Shown here in pieces: positions 32,156-41,792 of a stretch of 64,000 nt of DNA. The notes beneath the pieces are model-generated. The model saw nothing but the letters and a program-made list of their open reading frames with translations. It searched no databases and was not told where the DNA came from. Numbering within the stretch: the stretch's first letter is position 1; the number at the start of each line of letters is the position of its first letter. The translations under genes and the position numbers were made by a program. Origin of the DNA: an uncultured Rhodospirillaceae bacterium (GTDB taxonomy: Bacteria; Pseudomonadota; Alphaproteobacteria; UBA9219); NCBI GenBank assembly GCA_964652235.1, contig CAZZDK010000009.1, forward strand, positions 6,261 through 70,260, read 5' to 3'.

Positions 32156-32841
32156 GCGCCCCGCCAGGACGGATTTAACCGATAGCCGCCGTCTTCTGTG
32201 AAAAAAACGTCCTCGTTCGCACCCGCGCGATCCATCAGTTTCCGCCGCAGGCGGTAGATATGGGTCTCAAGCGTGTGGGTGTCGATCCGTTCGTCGTACC
32301 CCCAAATGGAGGCCAGAATCTCTTCGCGTGAGAGAGGTCCGTCCGCCGTGCAGAAGAACTCCAAAAGAGAGGCTTCTTTGTCCGTCAGTTTAACGGGATC
32401 GCCGCCTTTGGCGGGCGTTAGGGTCCGCGCGCGCGGCGCGAAAAGATAGGGGCCGACGGTAAAAGAAACGTCCGGCGCCTGGCGCAAAAGCCTCTGATAG
32501 AATTGAAGCCGCGAAAGAAGATAGCCGAGTCGCAAGGGCCGCGCGAAAAAAGCCGTCGCGCCGAAAGATTCCAGGTCCGGCGGCAAGGAACCCAAAACCA
32601 AAAGTAGGGGCGCGGGGCGCGTCTCTTCCAGTCGGGAAGCGAAGAACGCCGCGAAATCTTTCGCGGCGGGCGCCGTTTCGGCGTCCCAGAAAAGAAGGGG
32701 GGGCAAGGCGCCGCTCCAGACGCCAAGCGCTTCTTCCAAAGAGGAAAAAACCGCCAGGTGCCACCCCTCGGCATCTCTCATCTGTTCGGCGATGGCGCGA
32801 CAAAGCGCCGCGTCAGAGGAAACAAGGCCCAAAAGAAACAT
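32152..32841 (-). CDS. OmpR-family winged-helix regulator with degenerate (pseudo-)receiver domain
   Basis: C-terminal trans_reg_C (LTDKEASLLEFF...THIYRLRRKL). The N-terminal receiver lacks the canonical DD pair. Confidence 0.7.
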   Translation of the reverse strand: MFLLGLVSSDAALCRAIAEQMRDAEGWHLAVFSSLEEALGVWSGALPPLLFWDAETAPAAKDFAAFFASRLEETRPAPLLLVLGSLPPDLESFGATAFFARPLRLGYLLSRLQFYQRLLRQAPDVSFTVGPYLFAPRARTLTPAKGGDPVKLTDKEASLLEFFCTADGPLSREEILASIWGYDERIDTHTLETHIYRLRRKLMDRAGANEDVFFTEDGGYRLNPSWRGA

Positions 32842-32879
32842 GATCCCGTTATATCAAATTGCGCGGTAAAAAGCAGGTT

Positions 32880-33959
32880 TTATTGTACGCTGACCGCGGC
32901 CTGAACAGGATCGACCGTCAAGGCATAGGCTGCCTGATATTTATCCAGCGCCTTGATCATCATATCATGGACCAAAGCGGGAGAGACCTGGCCCCCGGCA
33001 GCCTTGGCCTCAGCCTGGCTTCGCATGGAAGCCGCCAGGGCCGCTCCTTCCAGAGACAGCTTTGCCGTTTCCTGGGACGCCGGCCGGACAGAGGCCGCCT
33101 GCCCCGCCGAAACCATCTTTTTCGGATAAAGCGTCTGCCCGACCCGTATTCCCTGAGACGAAGCGGTTTTGCTTATACGACGCGAGGAGGTCGAAACGGG
33201 CGTCGAAGAGGGAAGGACTGCGGCCGCGGCCCCGGAAGCCGCCCCGGACGAAACGGCGGACACGGAAGCCGGGGAAGAGAGCGCGTCCGAAGAAGCGGAC
33301 GCCACAAGAACCGGCGCCCCCGGCGCGGAAGCGGGCGTAGAGGGCTGCGCCGGAGATTGCGCCGAAGATTGCGCCGCCGTTTCCGGCGCGGCGGCAAGCT
33401 GAATCGTCCCGGCCTGCGGATCGGGCTCGCCCACCTCGTCGCCGCCGAAAAGAGCGTCGGCGATCTGGATCGTCGCCTCTTCGCCCGAATGCTCTTCATA
33501 GGCGGCGGTTAGAATGCCCGCGACCGTGCTGATAGCCAGGCTACCGGTCAGCGCGCCGAACAAGGCGTTGCCGGCGACCTGAATTTCGGGTTTGATTTTG
33601 TCGCCCGTCGCTTCGCGATACACCGTCCCGAGGATCGGGATATGCTGAAGCGGGTTGATAAGATCGACGAGATCGCCCCACTCCAAATCTTCCGCTTCGT
33701 GGACTTCTGTTGCTTTGTCCGCGCCGTCCATTCGCCAGGAACGCGCGATTTTAGGAGCCGCCGAAGCCTCTTCTTTCTCGGCGAGGTCGTCTTTTTTCTC
33801 TTTTTTTTGAACTTCGTCCAGCGTCGAGGCGAAAAGGCTCTGCGCCGCGCCTTGTGAAGAAGCAGGCGCAGCGGCAGGGGGCGGCGGCGGAAGCTCGCTC
33901 GCGATTATTTGCGGGACGGCGCTAGCGGATAGGTCCATAAACGCTCCTTGCCCTTTCAA
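32880..33959 (-). CDS. Hypothetical Pro/Ala/Ser-rich protein (359 aa), first gene of a 3-gene operon with the pseudo-receiver regulator and DUF882 protein
   Basis: ORF with low-complexity flanks around a conserved-looking central block (DLINPLQHIPILGTVYREATGDKI). Confidence 0.45.
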   Translation of the reverse strand: MKGQGAFMDLSASAVPQIIASELPPPPPAAAPASSQGAAQSLFASTLDEVQKKEKKDDLAEKEEASAAPKIARSWRMDGADKATEVHEAEDLEWGDLVDLINPLQHIPILGTVYREATGDKIKPEIQVAGNALFGALTGSLAISTVAGILTAAYEEHSGEEATIQIADALFGGDEVGEPDPQAGTIQLAAAPETAAQSSAQSPAQPSTPASAPGAPVLVASASSDALSSPASVSAVSSGAASGAAAAVLPSSTPVSTSSRRISKTASSQGIRVGQTLYPKKMVSAGQAASVRPASQETAKLSLEGAALAASMRSQAEAKAAGGQVSPALVHDMMIKALDKYQAAYALTVDPVQAAVSVQ

Positions 33960-34050
33960 GAAAGCAAGGCGCGTGCCAAAGGTTTTTCAAAACAAAATCA
34001 AACTATTATACATTTTCGTCCGCTGCGGATCGGCATTTTGTGCCGAAACT

Positions 34051-34608
34051 CTAAAAAATCGACAGCGGAAGATGAACGTACCCGCCCATCATTTCAGCGC
34101 CCGGATTGCGCTTGGTGAGTTCGGCATTGGAGATATGGCTCACATAGGCTGTGATCCGCAGCCCATTGTCGAAACGCCACCCCATCTCGCCCGTCGAGCG
34201 GAACTCCACCTGCGAGCCGAGATTCTTGCCCCCGCCCCGCGCGTAAATCCCGACCCCGATGCTGGGCGAAATCACAAGGTGAGGGATCAAGAGAAAATCG
34301 AAAATCAAACCGCCGAAGCCGTAACTGTTGCCGCGCGGCGTTCCTTCGGCCCCCACGAAGGGGCGGACTTGAAAATAAGGATCAAGCGGCGCGAAAAAGT
34401 CGCTGGCGGCGGAAAGGAGCGAAACGCCCCATCGGTATTCAAGCCGAATGTCCGCATCGTCGCGATAGGTCGTGTGCTTGAAAATCTCGAACCAGCCGGT
34501 GCCGAAGGAAATCGTGTCGGGCTGCCGCACTTCTTCGGCCCGCGCGGAAAAGGCGCTTAAGACGAGCCAAAAGAGAAAAACCGAAAGCCGCGCCTTCATG
34601 CGAATCAC
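34051..34608 (-). CDS. pagL: Lipid A 3-O-deacylase PagL-family outer-membrane beta-barrel (acyloxyacyl hydrolase)
   Basis: Signal peptide. Catalytic His-x-Ser-Asn motif VSHISNAEL. 185 aa. Confidence 0.65.
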   Translation of the reverse strand: MIRMKARLSVFLFWLVLSAFSARAEEVRQPDTISFGTGWFEIFKHTTYRDDADIRLEYRWGVSLLSAASDFFAPLDPYFQVRPFVGAEGTPRGNSYGFGGLIFDFLLIPHLVISPSIGVGIYARGGGKNLGSQVEFRSTGEMGWRFDNGLRITAYVSHISNAELTKRNPGAEMMGGYVHLPLSIF

Positions 34609-34649
34609 CCACCCTTTTTCCGACCGGCAACGGGTTTTGCTTTTTTCTC

Positions 34650-37277
34650 CTACTTTGACAAGAGGGCTTTTGAGACGACCTCGCGCACATCGGACGAAAG
34701 GTTTTTAACGGCGGCGAGCTTCTGAAGCGCTTTTTTCATGCCCTTTTGGTTCTTCGGCTCGAAGTCCCGCCAGCGCAAAAAGGACTTGGCCAATCGCGCG
34801 GCGGCGACAGGATTGATCTTGTCCTCCAGCGCCGTCACTTCGGCGATAAAGGCGTAGCCCGAACCGTCCGGCGCGTGAAAGCCCAGCGGATTGCCGATGA
34901 ACGAGCCGATCAGCGCCATGACCCGGTTGGGATTCTTGAGCGTGAACACTTTGTGTTTCATGAGTTTTTTGACAGTCTTGAGCGCGTCCGGACGCCGAGC
35001 CGACGCCAGCGCCATAAACCAATTGTCCAGAATTGTCGGCGTTTTGGCGTATGTTTTTTCAAAATGGGCGAGCGCTTTTTTCTTAAGCGGCGATTCGCTC
35101 TCGGCCAAAAGGAACAGGCCCGCGACTTTATCCGTCATGTTAAAGGAAGACGTGACCGCCGAGGCCGCAAGAGCCGCCGCATCGTCCGGCGCGACCTTGC
35201 TCAGATAGGACAGGCAGAGATTTTTGAGGCTCCGTTTGCCGCGCGAAATTCCGTCGATGGCCTTTTCGCTGAGCGTTTTCTCCAGCGTTTCGTAGGTCTC
35301 CCAGAAATCCTCCTCCAGCGCCTGCGCTATCGCGCGAACGACGCGCTGCCTTTGATGATAGAGCTTAATCGGGTCGATCTTTTTGCCCTTGGCCGTGACG
35401 AAAAGACCCAGTTCCGTTTCGCTCGGCAACGACAACATCGCCGTTTTCGTTCCCGCGTCCAGCTTCTTGTCGCGCAGGATGTTGCGCAGTCCCCCGATAA
35501 ACGCTTCCGGAAGCTCTTTCTCTTCCAGAATGATCTTGACGAACATCTTCTGCCCGGCGTCCCAGCGGTTGAACGGATCGCTGTCATGCGCCATGAGCAG
35601 CAGAAGCTCTTCGTCCGTATAGGGATAATCGACGCGCACGGGCGCGGAAAAGTCGCGCAAGAGCGAAGGCACGGGCTTGCTTTCGACGTTCAGAAACGTG
35701 ATTTTGTCCTTCGCGAGCGAAAGATCGATCACGAAGGTTCCCTTCATGTCGCGCCCTTTTTCGTCGAGGAGCCCGACGCTGAAAGGCATATAGAAGGGCT
35801 TTTTCTTCGGCTGGCCGGGCGTGGGCGGCGTTTTTTGCTCCACCGTCAGCGTGTATTCCTTTTTCTTCGCGTCGTAACGAGACCGGACTTTCAAGACCGG
35901 CGTTCCGGCCTGGCTGTACCAACGCATGAATTGATCGAGATCGATCTTGTTCACTTCCGCCATCGCGGCGACGAAATCCTCGCACGTCGCGGCCTGGCCG
36001 TCGTGTTTTTTCAAATAATGCCGCAAGCCTTTGCGGAATCCCTCGCGCCCGACGAGCGTCTGGATCATGCGGACGACCTCTTGCCCCTTGTCGTACACCG
36101 TCCGCGTATAGAAATTGTCGATGGCCTGATAGGTCGCGGGCCTTATGGGATGCGCCATGGCGCCCGCGTCCTCGGCGAACTGAAAGCTTCTAAGCTTCGA
36201 GACCGCGCCGATCCGCTCCAGCGCGCGCCCGTTCATGTCGCCGCAGAACTCGCGCTCGCGGAAAACGGTGAGGCCTTCTTTCAAGCTCAGCTGAAACCAA
36301 TCGCGGCAGGTCACGCGGTCGCCCGTGTAATTGTGGAAATATTCGTGCCCGACCACCCGCTCAAAGAAAGAGATGGACGAATCCACCGCCGTATCGGCGC
36401 GGCCCAGAACGCAGGCGTCGTTGAAGATGTTGAGGCCTTTGTTCTCCATCGCGCCGTAGTTGAAGTGGCTGACGGCTACGATCATGAACCGATCGAGATC
36501 ATATTCAAGCCCATAGGTGTCTTCGTCCCACTTCATCGCCTTCTTGATCGATTCCATCGCGATGGCGGTCTCGTCCTTGCGGCCCGGCTCGACGTAGATT
36601 TCAAGCAAAATCTTGCGGCCCGATTTCGTAGTAAAAGCGCTGGCAACGCGATCCAGCCTGCCCGCCACAAGCGCGAAAAGATAGCAAGGCTTGCGGAAGG
36701 GGTCGTCCCATACGACATAATGCCGCCCGCCTTTTTCCGAGCCTTTTTTGATCAGATTGCCGTTTGCGAGGAGAACGGGGAACTTCTTTTTATCCGCATG
36801 GATCGTGACGCGGAATTTGGATAGAACGTCCGGCCTGTCCGGAAAATAGGTAAAGCGGCGAAAGCCCAAGGCCTCGCATTGCGTGGTCAAAATCGGTCCC
36901 GCGAAATAAAGGCCCAAAAGCGCCGTGTTTTTAGCCGGGTCGTTTTCGCTTTCGATTTCGAGAACGGCCCTATCCGGAAAAGCGGGGATCGTCAGCGTCT
37001 TTTCGTCCAGAATGTAGGAGCGGTCCGAAAGCTCCACGCCGTTCACGCGCACGCGCAGCAATTTTTGATTCTCGCCGTTTAAGACAAGCGGTAGGTTTTT
37101 CCCCTTGGCCGCCGGATTGCGCCGGACGGAAAGGCGCGACGCGACGCGCGTGGCTTTGTCCCGAATGTCGAAGTCGAGCAACGTCTCGTCCACAAGATAG
37201 GCGGGCGGCGCGTAATCGGCCAAACGAACTTCGTTGTTTGTTTTCAGTTTGGTTTTCTTCATGGCTTTCTCTTTCAA
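34650..37277 (-). CDS. pepN: Aminopeptidase N
   Basis: GAMEN motif and zinc motif HEYFHNYTGDRVTCRDWFQLSLKEG. 875 aa. Confidence 0.9.
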   Translation of the reverse strand: MKEKAMKKTKLKTNNEVRLADYAPPAYLVDETLLDFDIRDKATRVASRLSVRRNPAAKGKNLPLVLNGENQKLLRVRVNGVELSDRSYILDEKTLTIPAFPDRAVLEIESENDPAKNTALLGLYFAGPILTTQCEALGFRRFTYFPDRPDVLSKFRVTIHADKKKFPVLLANGNLIKKGSEKGGRHYVVWDDPFRKPCYLFALVAGRLDRVASAFTTKSGRKILLEIYVEPGRKDETAIAMESIKKAMKWDEDTYGLEYDLDRFMIVAVSHFNYGAMENKGLNIFNDACVLGRADTAVDSSISFFERVVGHEYFHNYTGDRVTCRDWFQLSLKEGLTVFREREFCGDMNGRALERIGAVSKLRSFQFAEDAGAMAHPIRPATYQAIDNFYTRTVYDKGQEVVRMIQTLVGREGFRKGLRHYLKKHDGQAATCEDFVAAMAEVNKIDLDQFMRWYSQAGTPVLKVRSRYDAKKKEYTLTVEQKTPPTPGQPKKKPFYMPFSVGLLDEKGRDMKGTFVIDLSLAKDKITFLNVESKPVPSLLRDFSAPVRVDYPYTDEELLLLMAHDSDPFNRWDAGQKMFVKIILEEKELPEAFIGGLRNILRDKKLDAGTKTAMLSLPSETELGLFVTAKGKKIDPIKLYHQRQRVVRAIAQALEEDFWETYETLEKTLSEKAIDGISRGKRSLKNLCLSYLSKVAPDDAAALAASAVTSSFNMTDKVAGLFLLAESESPLKKKALAHFEKTYAKTPTILDNWFMALASARRPDALKTVKKLMKHKVFTLKNPNRVMALIGSFIGNPLGFHAPDGSGYAFIAEVTALEDKINPVAAARLAKSFLRWRDFEPKNQKGMKKALQKLAAVKNLSSDVREVVSKALLSK

Positions 37278-37597
37278 AACATATCCAGCGCGAGCCGCGC
37301 GTCCTCCGACATTTTAGAGGGGTCCCACGGCGGGTCCCAGGTTAGCTCGACCGTGACGGCTTCAACATCCTCTATTTTTGCTAAGGAATCGTGAACCCAG
37401 CCGGGGATCGCGCCGGCCATGGGGCAATCGGGGGCCGTGAGCGTCATGGTCACGGCGAGTTTCCACCCGCCCGCCTTGCCGGGCGCCGTCTCGATTTTAT
37501 AAATCAGCCCCAAATCATAAACGTTAACGGGGATTTCGGGATCATAACCCGTTTTCAACCTTTCGACGGCTTTTTCTATGATGGTCGCGTCGTTCAT
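37274..37597 (-). CDS. sufT: SUF system Fe-S assembly protein (DUF59/SufT-like); start trimmed to MNDATI (ATG at 37597)
   Basis: DUF59 motif VYDLGLIYKIE...TAPDCP. ATGA overlap with sufU stop. Confidence 0.75.
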   Translation of the reverse strand: MNDATIIEKAVERLKTGYDPEIPVNVYDLGLIYKIETAPGKAGGWKLAVTMTLTAPDCPMAGAIPGWVHDSLAKIEDVEAVTVELTWDPPWDPSKMSEDARLALDMF

Positions 37598-38079
37598 TCC
37601 GTCCCTACTTTTTTGGCCGCCGCCGGATCGAGCGCCGCCTCGAGGGTCCGCCAGGCGAGCGTCGCGCATTTAACCCGCATGGGGTAACTTTTGACGCCCG
37701 CCAGGGCGGCCAGGCGGTCGCGGTCCTCTTCGCCGATCTTTTCTTTTTCCTCTTCCGGAAAAGCCGTCCCCATCGTGAGGGATTGAAAATACGCCCAAAG
37801 AAGCCGCGCCTGCGCCGCGCTCTTGCCGCGCAGCATATCCGTCATAAGAGAGGCCGAAGCGACGGAAATCGCGCAGCCCTCGCCCTGAAAAGCCGCGTCC
37901 GCGATGCGCCCGTCCGCTCCGACCGTCAAATACAAAACCAGCTTGTCGCCGCACAGCGGGTTATGCCCGACCGCCTCGCAATCCGCGTTTTCGATGGCAT
38001 GAAAATGGCGCGGACGCTTGCCGTGATCGAGAATCAAATCCTGGTACAGGTCGCGCAAAGCGTCTTCGCTTTCTGTCAT
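37594..38079 (-). CDS. sufU: SUF system NifU-family Fe-S scaffold/sulfur-transfer protein SufU; start trimmed (ATG 38079)
   Basis: LYQDLILDHGKRPRHF...CGD...GEGCAIS cysteine ligands. ATGA overlap with sufS stop. Confidence 0.8.
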   Translation of the reverse strand: MTESEDALRDLYQDLILDHGKRPRHFHAIENADCEAVGHNPLCGDKLVLYLTVGADGRIADAAFQGEGCAISVASASLMTDMLRGKSAAQARLLWAYFQSLTMGTAFPEEEKEKIGEEDRDRLAALAGVKSYPMRVKCATLAWRTLEAALDPAAAKKVGTE

Positions 38080-39293
38080 CCGAACAGCTCCCGCGCTTTT
38101 TTCACGCCTTCGATGAGGGCCTCGACGTCTTCGCTTGTGTTGTAAAGTCCGAACGAAGCTCGCGCCGTTGCTGCAAGGCCCAGGGCCTCCATCGCGGGCT
38201 GGGCGCAATGATGGCCCGCGCGGATCGCCACGCCGCAGGAATCTAAAACCGTGCCGATGTCATGCGAATGAAGGCCCTTTATCACAAAGGACAAAATCGC
38301 GCTTTTGTGCGGCGCTGTCCCGATGATCCGCACGTCCGGAATCGCCGCAAGCGCCTTCGTCGCCTCGTCAAGCAAGGCTTTTTCATGCGCTTCGATGCGA
38401 TCGAATCCGATTCCCGAAACGTAATCGATCGCCGCGTGAAGTCCGACGACCTCGGCGATGGCGGGCGTCCCGGCTTCGAAGCGGGCGGGCGGATCTTGAA
38501 ACGTCGTCTCCTCGAACGACACCGAGGCGATCATATCGCCGCCGCCCTGATAGGGAGGCATGGCCTTAAGAATTTCCCGCTTGCCGTAAAGAACGCCGAT
38601 GCCCGTGGGGCCGTAAAGCTTATGGCCGGAAAAGACGTAAAAGTCGGCCCCCATCGCCCGCACGTCCACCGCGCCGTGGCTGACGGCCTGCGCGCCGTCG
38701 ATGAGCGCGAGGGCCCCGCGCTCATGGGCCAGCTTCACGATCTCCGCCACGGGCAAAACGGTCCCAAGCGCGTTGGAGACGTGCGCGACGGAAACGAGTT
38801 TTGTTCTAGGCCCCATCGCCGCCGCCATATCTCGCAGCAGAATCTCGCCGCTCGGCTGAAAGGGCACAACGCGCAGAACGACCCCTTTTTCTTTTTGCAA
38901 CAGCTGCCAGGGCACGATGTTCGCGTGATGCTCAAGGCGCGTCAGGACGATCTCGTCGCCTTCTTTCAAAAAGGCGCGGCCCCAGCTCGCCGCTACGAGA
39001 TTGATCGCCTCGGTCGCGCCGCGCGTGAAGACGATCTCGTCTTCGTGCGCCGCGTTCAGAAAGCGCTGAACCGCGCGCCGCCCTTCGTCGTAGCGGCGCG
39101 TGGACCGCATGGAAAGCTCGTGCACGCCCCGATGGATGTTGCCGTAATCCGTTTCGTAAAAACGGCTCATGGCGTCGATGACGCGGCGCGGCTTTTGGGC
39201 GCTGGCGCCGCTATCGAGATAGGCGAGCCGACGGCCGCGGATTTTCTGGGCCAGCGCGGGAAAGTCGGCCACGACGTTCAAATCTTGAGCCAT
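38076..39293 (-). CDS. sufS: Cysteine desulfurase SufS
   Basis: Class V aminotransferase, active-site RAGHHCAQP. 405 aa. Confidence 0.9.
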   Translation of the reverse strand: MAQDLNVVADFPALAQKIRGRRLAYLDSGASAQKPRRVIDAMSRFYETDYGNIHRGVHELSMRSTRRYDEGRRAVQRFLNAAHEDEIVFTRGATEAINLVAASWGRAFLKEGDEIVLTRLEHHANIVPWQLLQKEKGVVLRVVPFQPSGEILLRDMAAAMGPRTKLVSVAHVSNALGTVLPVAEIVKLAHERGALALIDGAQAVSHGAVDVRAMGADFYVFSGHKLYGPTGIGVLYGKREILKAMPPYQGGGDMIASVSFEETTFQDPPARFEAGTPAIAEVVGLHAAIDYVSGIGFDRIEAHEKALLDEATKALAAIPDVRIIGTAPHKSAILSFVIKGLHSHDIGTVLDSCGVAIRAGHHCAQPAMEALGLAATARASFGLYNTSEDVEALIEGVKKARELFG

Positions 39294-40360
39294 TGTCCCA
39301 CCTCCGTCCGCGCCGCGGCGGCGATTTCTTCGGCGCCTATTTTTTCGATTCCCTCGTTCACGAAAGCCTCAATCAGCAGCGCCCGCGCCTCTTTTTCGCC
39401 GATGCCGCGCGAGCGCAGATAGAAAAGCTCCCTCTCGTCCAAATCGCCGATGGCGCTGCCGTGCGAGCATTTCACGTCGTCGGCGTAAATCTCCAGTTCC
39501 GGGGTCGCGTCCATCTCGGCCTTGTCGGAGAGCAAAAGCGCCCGGCTCAATTGATGGCCGTCCGTTTTCTGCGCCTCCGGCGCGACGTAAATCTTGCCCT
39601 GAAAAACCCCGCGCGCGGCCTCGTCCAAAACGGCGCGGAACGTCTGGCGGCTTTGGCCGTGCGGGGCGGCGTGATGAACGCGCACCAAGGCGTCGCCGTG
39701 AGAACGGCCCCGCAAAAGCGCCGCGCCGGAAACGTTCGCGGCGGCCAGCTCGCCCGTCAAAAAAACGTCCGTCTCGCAGCGTGTCAGGCCGCCGTCCGCG
39801 ATCAGGGAGAAATGCTCGTAGAAGGCGCCCGCCGCGACATTGACTCGTGCGCGCGAAACGTGCAGGCCGGCGCCGCCGGAGACGATCTTGCCGTGAACCA
39901 GCTTGGCCTGCTCGGCCAGGGAAATCTCGAAATGCGGCAAAAGCGCGAAAAGACCCTCGCCGTCGCAAATGTGCCGCTCGATCAGCGTGAGTCGGCTGTT
40001 TGCGCCAAGCGAAAGACGCAAGCCAACCTCGTTTTCCCAAGGGTCCGCGTCCGCAACGTTCAGAAAAAGAATTTCCAACGGCTGAAGAGCCAGACACGTC
40101 TGCGCTCCCACTTCCATCCAGCACAGGCCCGTCTCGTCCTGAGAAAAGAAAGCTTCGGGCAAAGCGGGGAGAGAGGACAAATCCGCCCGGTAACGCCCGT
40201 TCACGAAGACGACGCGCGCGAAAGCGAGCGGCGCGGGCGCCGTCACAAAGGCACGCGCGGGCGGCGCCGCAAAGACGGTTTCGGCGTAGGGCCAGAGCGA
40301 CGTGTGCCGCCAAGTTTCCCTGTCGGTCCGGCTTTGCTCTAAGAGAGAAGCGACGCTCAT
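39278..40360 (-). CDS. sufD: Fe-S cluster assembly protein SufD
   Basis: SufB/D beta-helix family; position within the suf operon. Confidence 0.8.
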   Translation of the reverse strand: MSVASLLEQSRTDRETWRHTSLWPYAETVFAAPPARAFVTAPAPLAFARVVFVNGRYRADLSSLPALPEAFFSQDETGLCWMEVGAQTCLALQPLEILFLNVADADPWENEVGLRLSLGANSRLTLIERHICDGEGLFALLPHFEISLAEQAKLVHGKIVSGGAGLHVSRARVNVAAGAFYEHFSLIADGGLTRCETDVFLTGELAAANVSGAALLRGRSHGDALVRVHHAAPHGQSRQTFRAVLDEAARGVFQGKIYVAPEAQKTDGHQLSRALLLSDKAEMDATPELEIYADDVKCSHGSAIGDLDERELFYLRSRGIGEKEARALLIEAFVNEGIEKIGAEEIAAAARTEVGQWLKI

Positions 40361-41043
40361 CTTCCTCTCCCCTTAAAAACTTCGTCCGCAATAGCGGGCA
40401 AATCTTCGAGCGCATGGACCAGAAAGTCCGGCTTTTCGGCGACCAGCCTTTCCTCGCTCGCGAAGCCGCCCGTCACGGCCACGCTGACAAGGCCGAGCTC
40501 GTGGCCTATGCGCACCTCTTCGGGCGTGTCGCCGACGATCAAAGCGCGACCTTCGCCTTTCCGTCCGGCCAGGTGCCGGATCAATCTTTCCTTCTTCGGC
40601 TTGCAATCAATGTGATCCTCGATCCCCTTATTCGCCAACGTGCCGTGAATATAGGGCGCAATTTCATGTTTCGCGCAAAGGCCCGCGATTTTCTCTTCAA
40701 AATGATTGCTTAGGATCAGACATTCGACGGGCCCCTCGCAAAGCGAGGCCAAAACTTTTCGGGCGCCTTTGCGCAAAGGCATTTCTTTTTCGAGCGGCGC
40801 GTAGGTTTCATGAAAAGACTCCCACATTTCCCTCTTGTTTTTTTCCAGCTCGTCGGTTGAAAAACCCAGTTTTAGATAAAGAGACTCGAACGGCACGTCG
40901 AAATATTCTCTGAAAAGGTCGAAGGAGCTTTGTTTTTTCCCATAGCGGACCTGCACGGCGAGAAAACTTTGATGGACGGCCCGCGCATCGTCCAGCAGCG
41001 TCCCGTTCCAGTCGAAAATAACGGTGTTTCGGTCCGGCCTCAT
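40357..41043 (-). CDS. HAD-superfamily hydrolase embedded in the suf operon
   Basis: HAD motif I VIFDWNGTLLDD. 228 aa. ATGA overlaps with both neighbours. Confidence 0.75.
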   Translation of the reverse strand: MRPDRNTVIFDWNGTLLDDARAVHQSFLAVQVRYGKKQSSFDLFREYFDVPFESLYLKLGFSTDELEKNKREMWESFHETYAPLEKEMPLRKGARKVLASLCEGPVECLILSNHFEEKIAGLCAKHEIAPYIHGTLANKGIEDHIDCKPKKERLIRHLAGRKGEGRALIVGDTPEEVRIGHELGLVSVAVTGGFASEERLVAEKPDFLVHALEDLPAIADEVFKGRGR

Positions 41044-41789
41044 GCGCGCACCCGCGAGGCCTCGCCGTAGCCTTTTTCCTCGAGTTCAAGGGCCAGTTCC
41101 GGCCCGCCCGAACGCTCAATGCGCCCGGCGGCCAAGACGTGCACGCGGTCCGGCCTGATGTAATCGAGCAGGCGCTGATAATGCGTGATGACCAGCATGG
41201 CGCGATCCGGCGAACGCAAGGCATTCACGCCGTCCGCCACGACGCGCAGCGCGTCGATGTCGAGGCCGCTGTCCGTCTCGTCGAGAATGCAAAAGCGCGG
41301 CTCAAGCACAGCCATCTGCAAAACTTCGTTGCGTTTTTTCTCGCCGCCCGAAAAACCGGCATTGACGGGGCGGCGCAACATTTCTTCGCCCATGCCCAGC
41401 GCCTTGGCTTTTTCTTTAAGCGCTTTCAGCGCCTGCATCGCGTCAAGCTCGTTTTGCCCCCGCGCGCGCCGAACGGCGTTCAGCGCGGTCTTAAGGAACG
41501 TCATGTTCGTCACGCCGGAAATTTCGACGGGATATTGGAAAGCCAAAAACAGGCCTGCCGCGGCGCGCGCTTCGGGAGGAAGGGACAAAAGGTCCCGCCC
41601 ATCCAAAAGAACTTTGCCCGCCGTCACTTGATAGCCGGGCCTTCCCGCCAGAACGTAGGACAACGTGCTTTTGCCCGCGCCGTTCGGCCCCATGATCGCG
41701 TGAACGGCCCCGGCGGGCACCTCCAGGGAGAGGCCTTTGAGGATTTCCTTGCCCTCGATCTCGGCATGAAGGTTTTCGATCTTGAGCAT
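41040..41789 (-). CDS. sufC: Fe-S cluster assembly ATPase SufC
   Basis: Walker A GPNGAGKSTL, ABC signature FSGGEKKRNE. Confidence 0.9.
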   Translation of the reverse strand: MLKIENLHAEIEGKEILKGLSLEVPAGAVHAIMGPNGAGKSTLSYVLAGRPGYQVTAGKVLLDGRDLLSLPPEARAAAGLFLAFQYPVEISGVTNMTFLKTALNAVRRARGQNELDAMQALKALKEKAKALGMGEEMLRRPVNAGFSGGEKKRNEVLQMAVLEPRFCILDETDSGLDIDALRVVADGVNALRSPDRAMLVITHYQRLLDYIRPDRVHVLAAGRIERSGGPELALELEEKGYGEASRVRA

Positions 41790-41792
41790 TCC

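Noticed and set aside
34746-36824. 692-aa plus-strand ORF antisense to pepN
   Set aside because: pepN carries unmistakable GAMEN/HEXXH motifs on the other strand; the antisense ORF is Arg-rich nonsense.
38262-39422. 386-aa plus-strand ORF antisense to sufS/sufD
   Set aside because: Antisense to well-supported suf genes.
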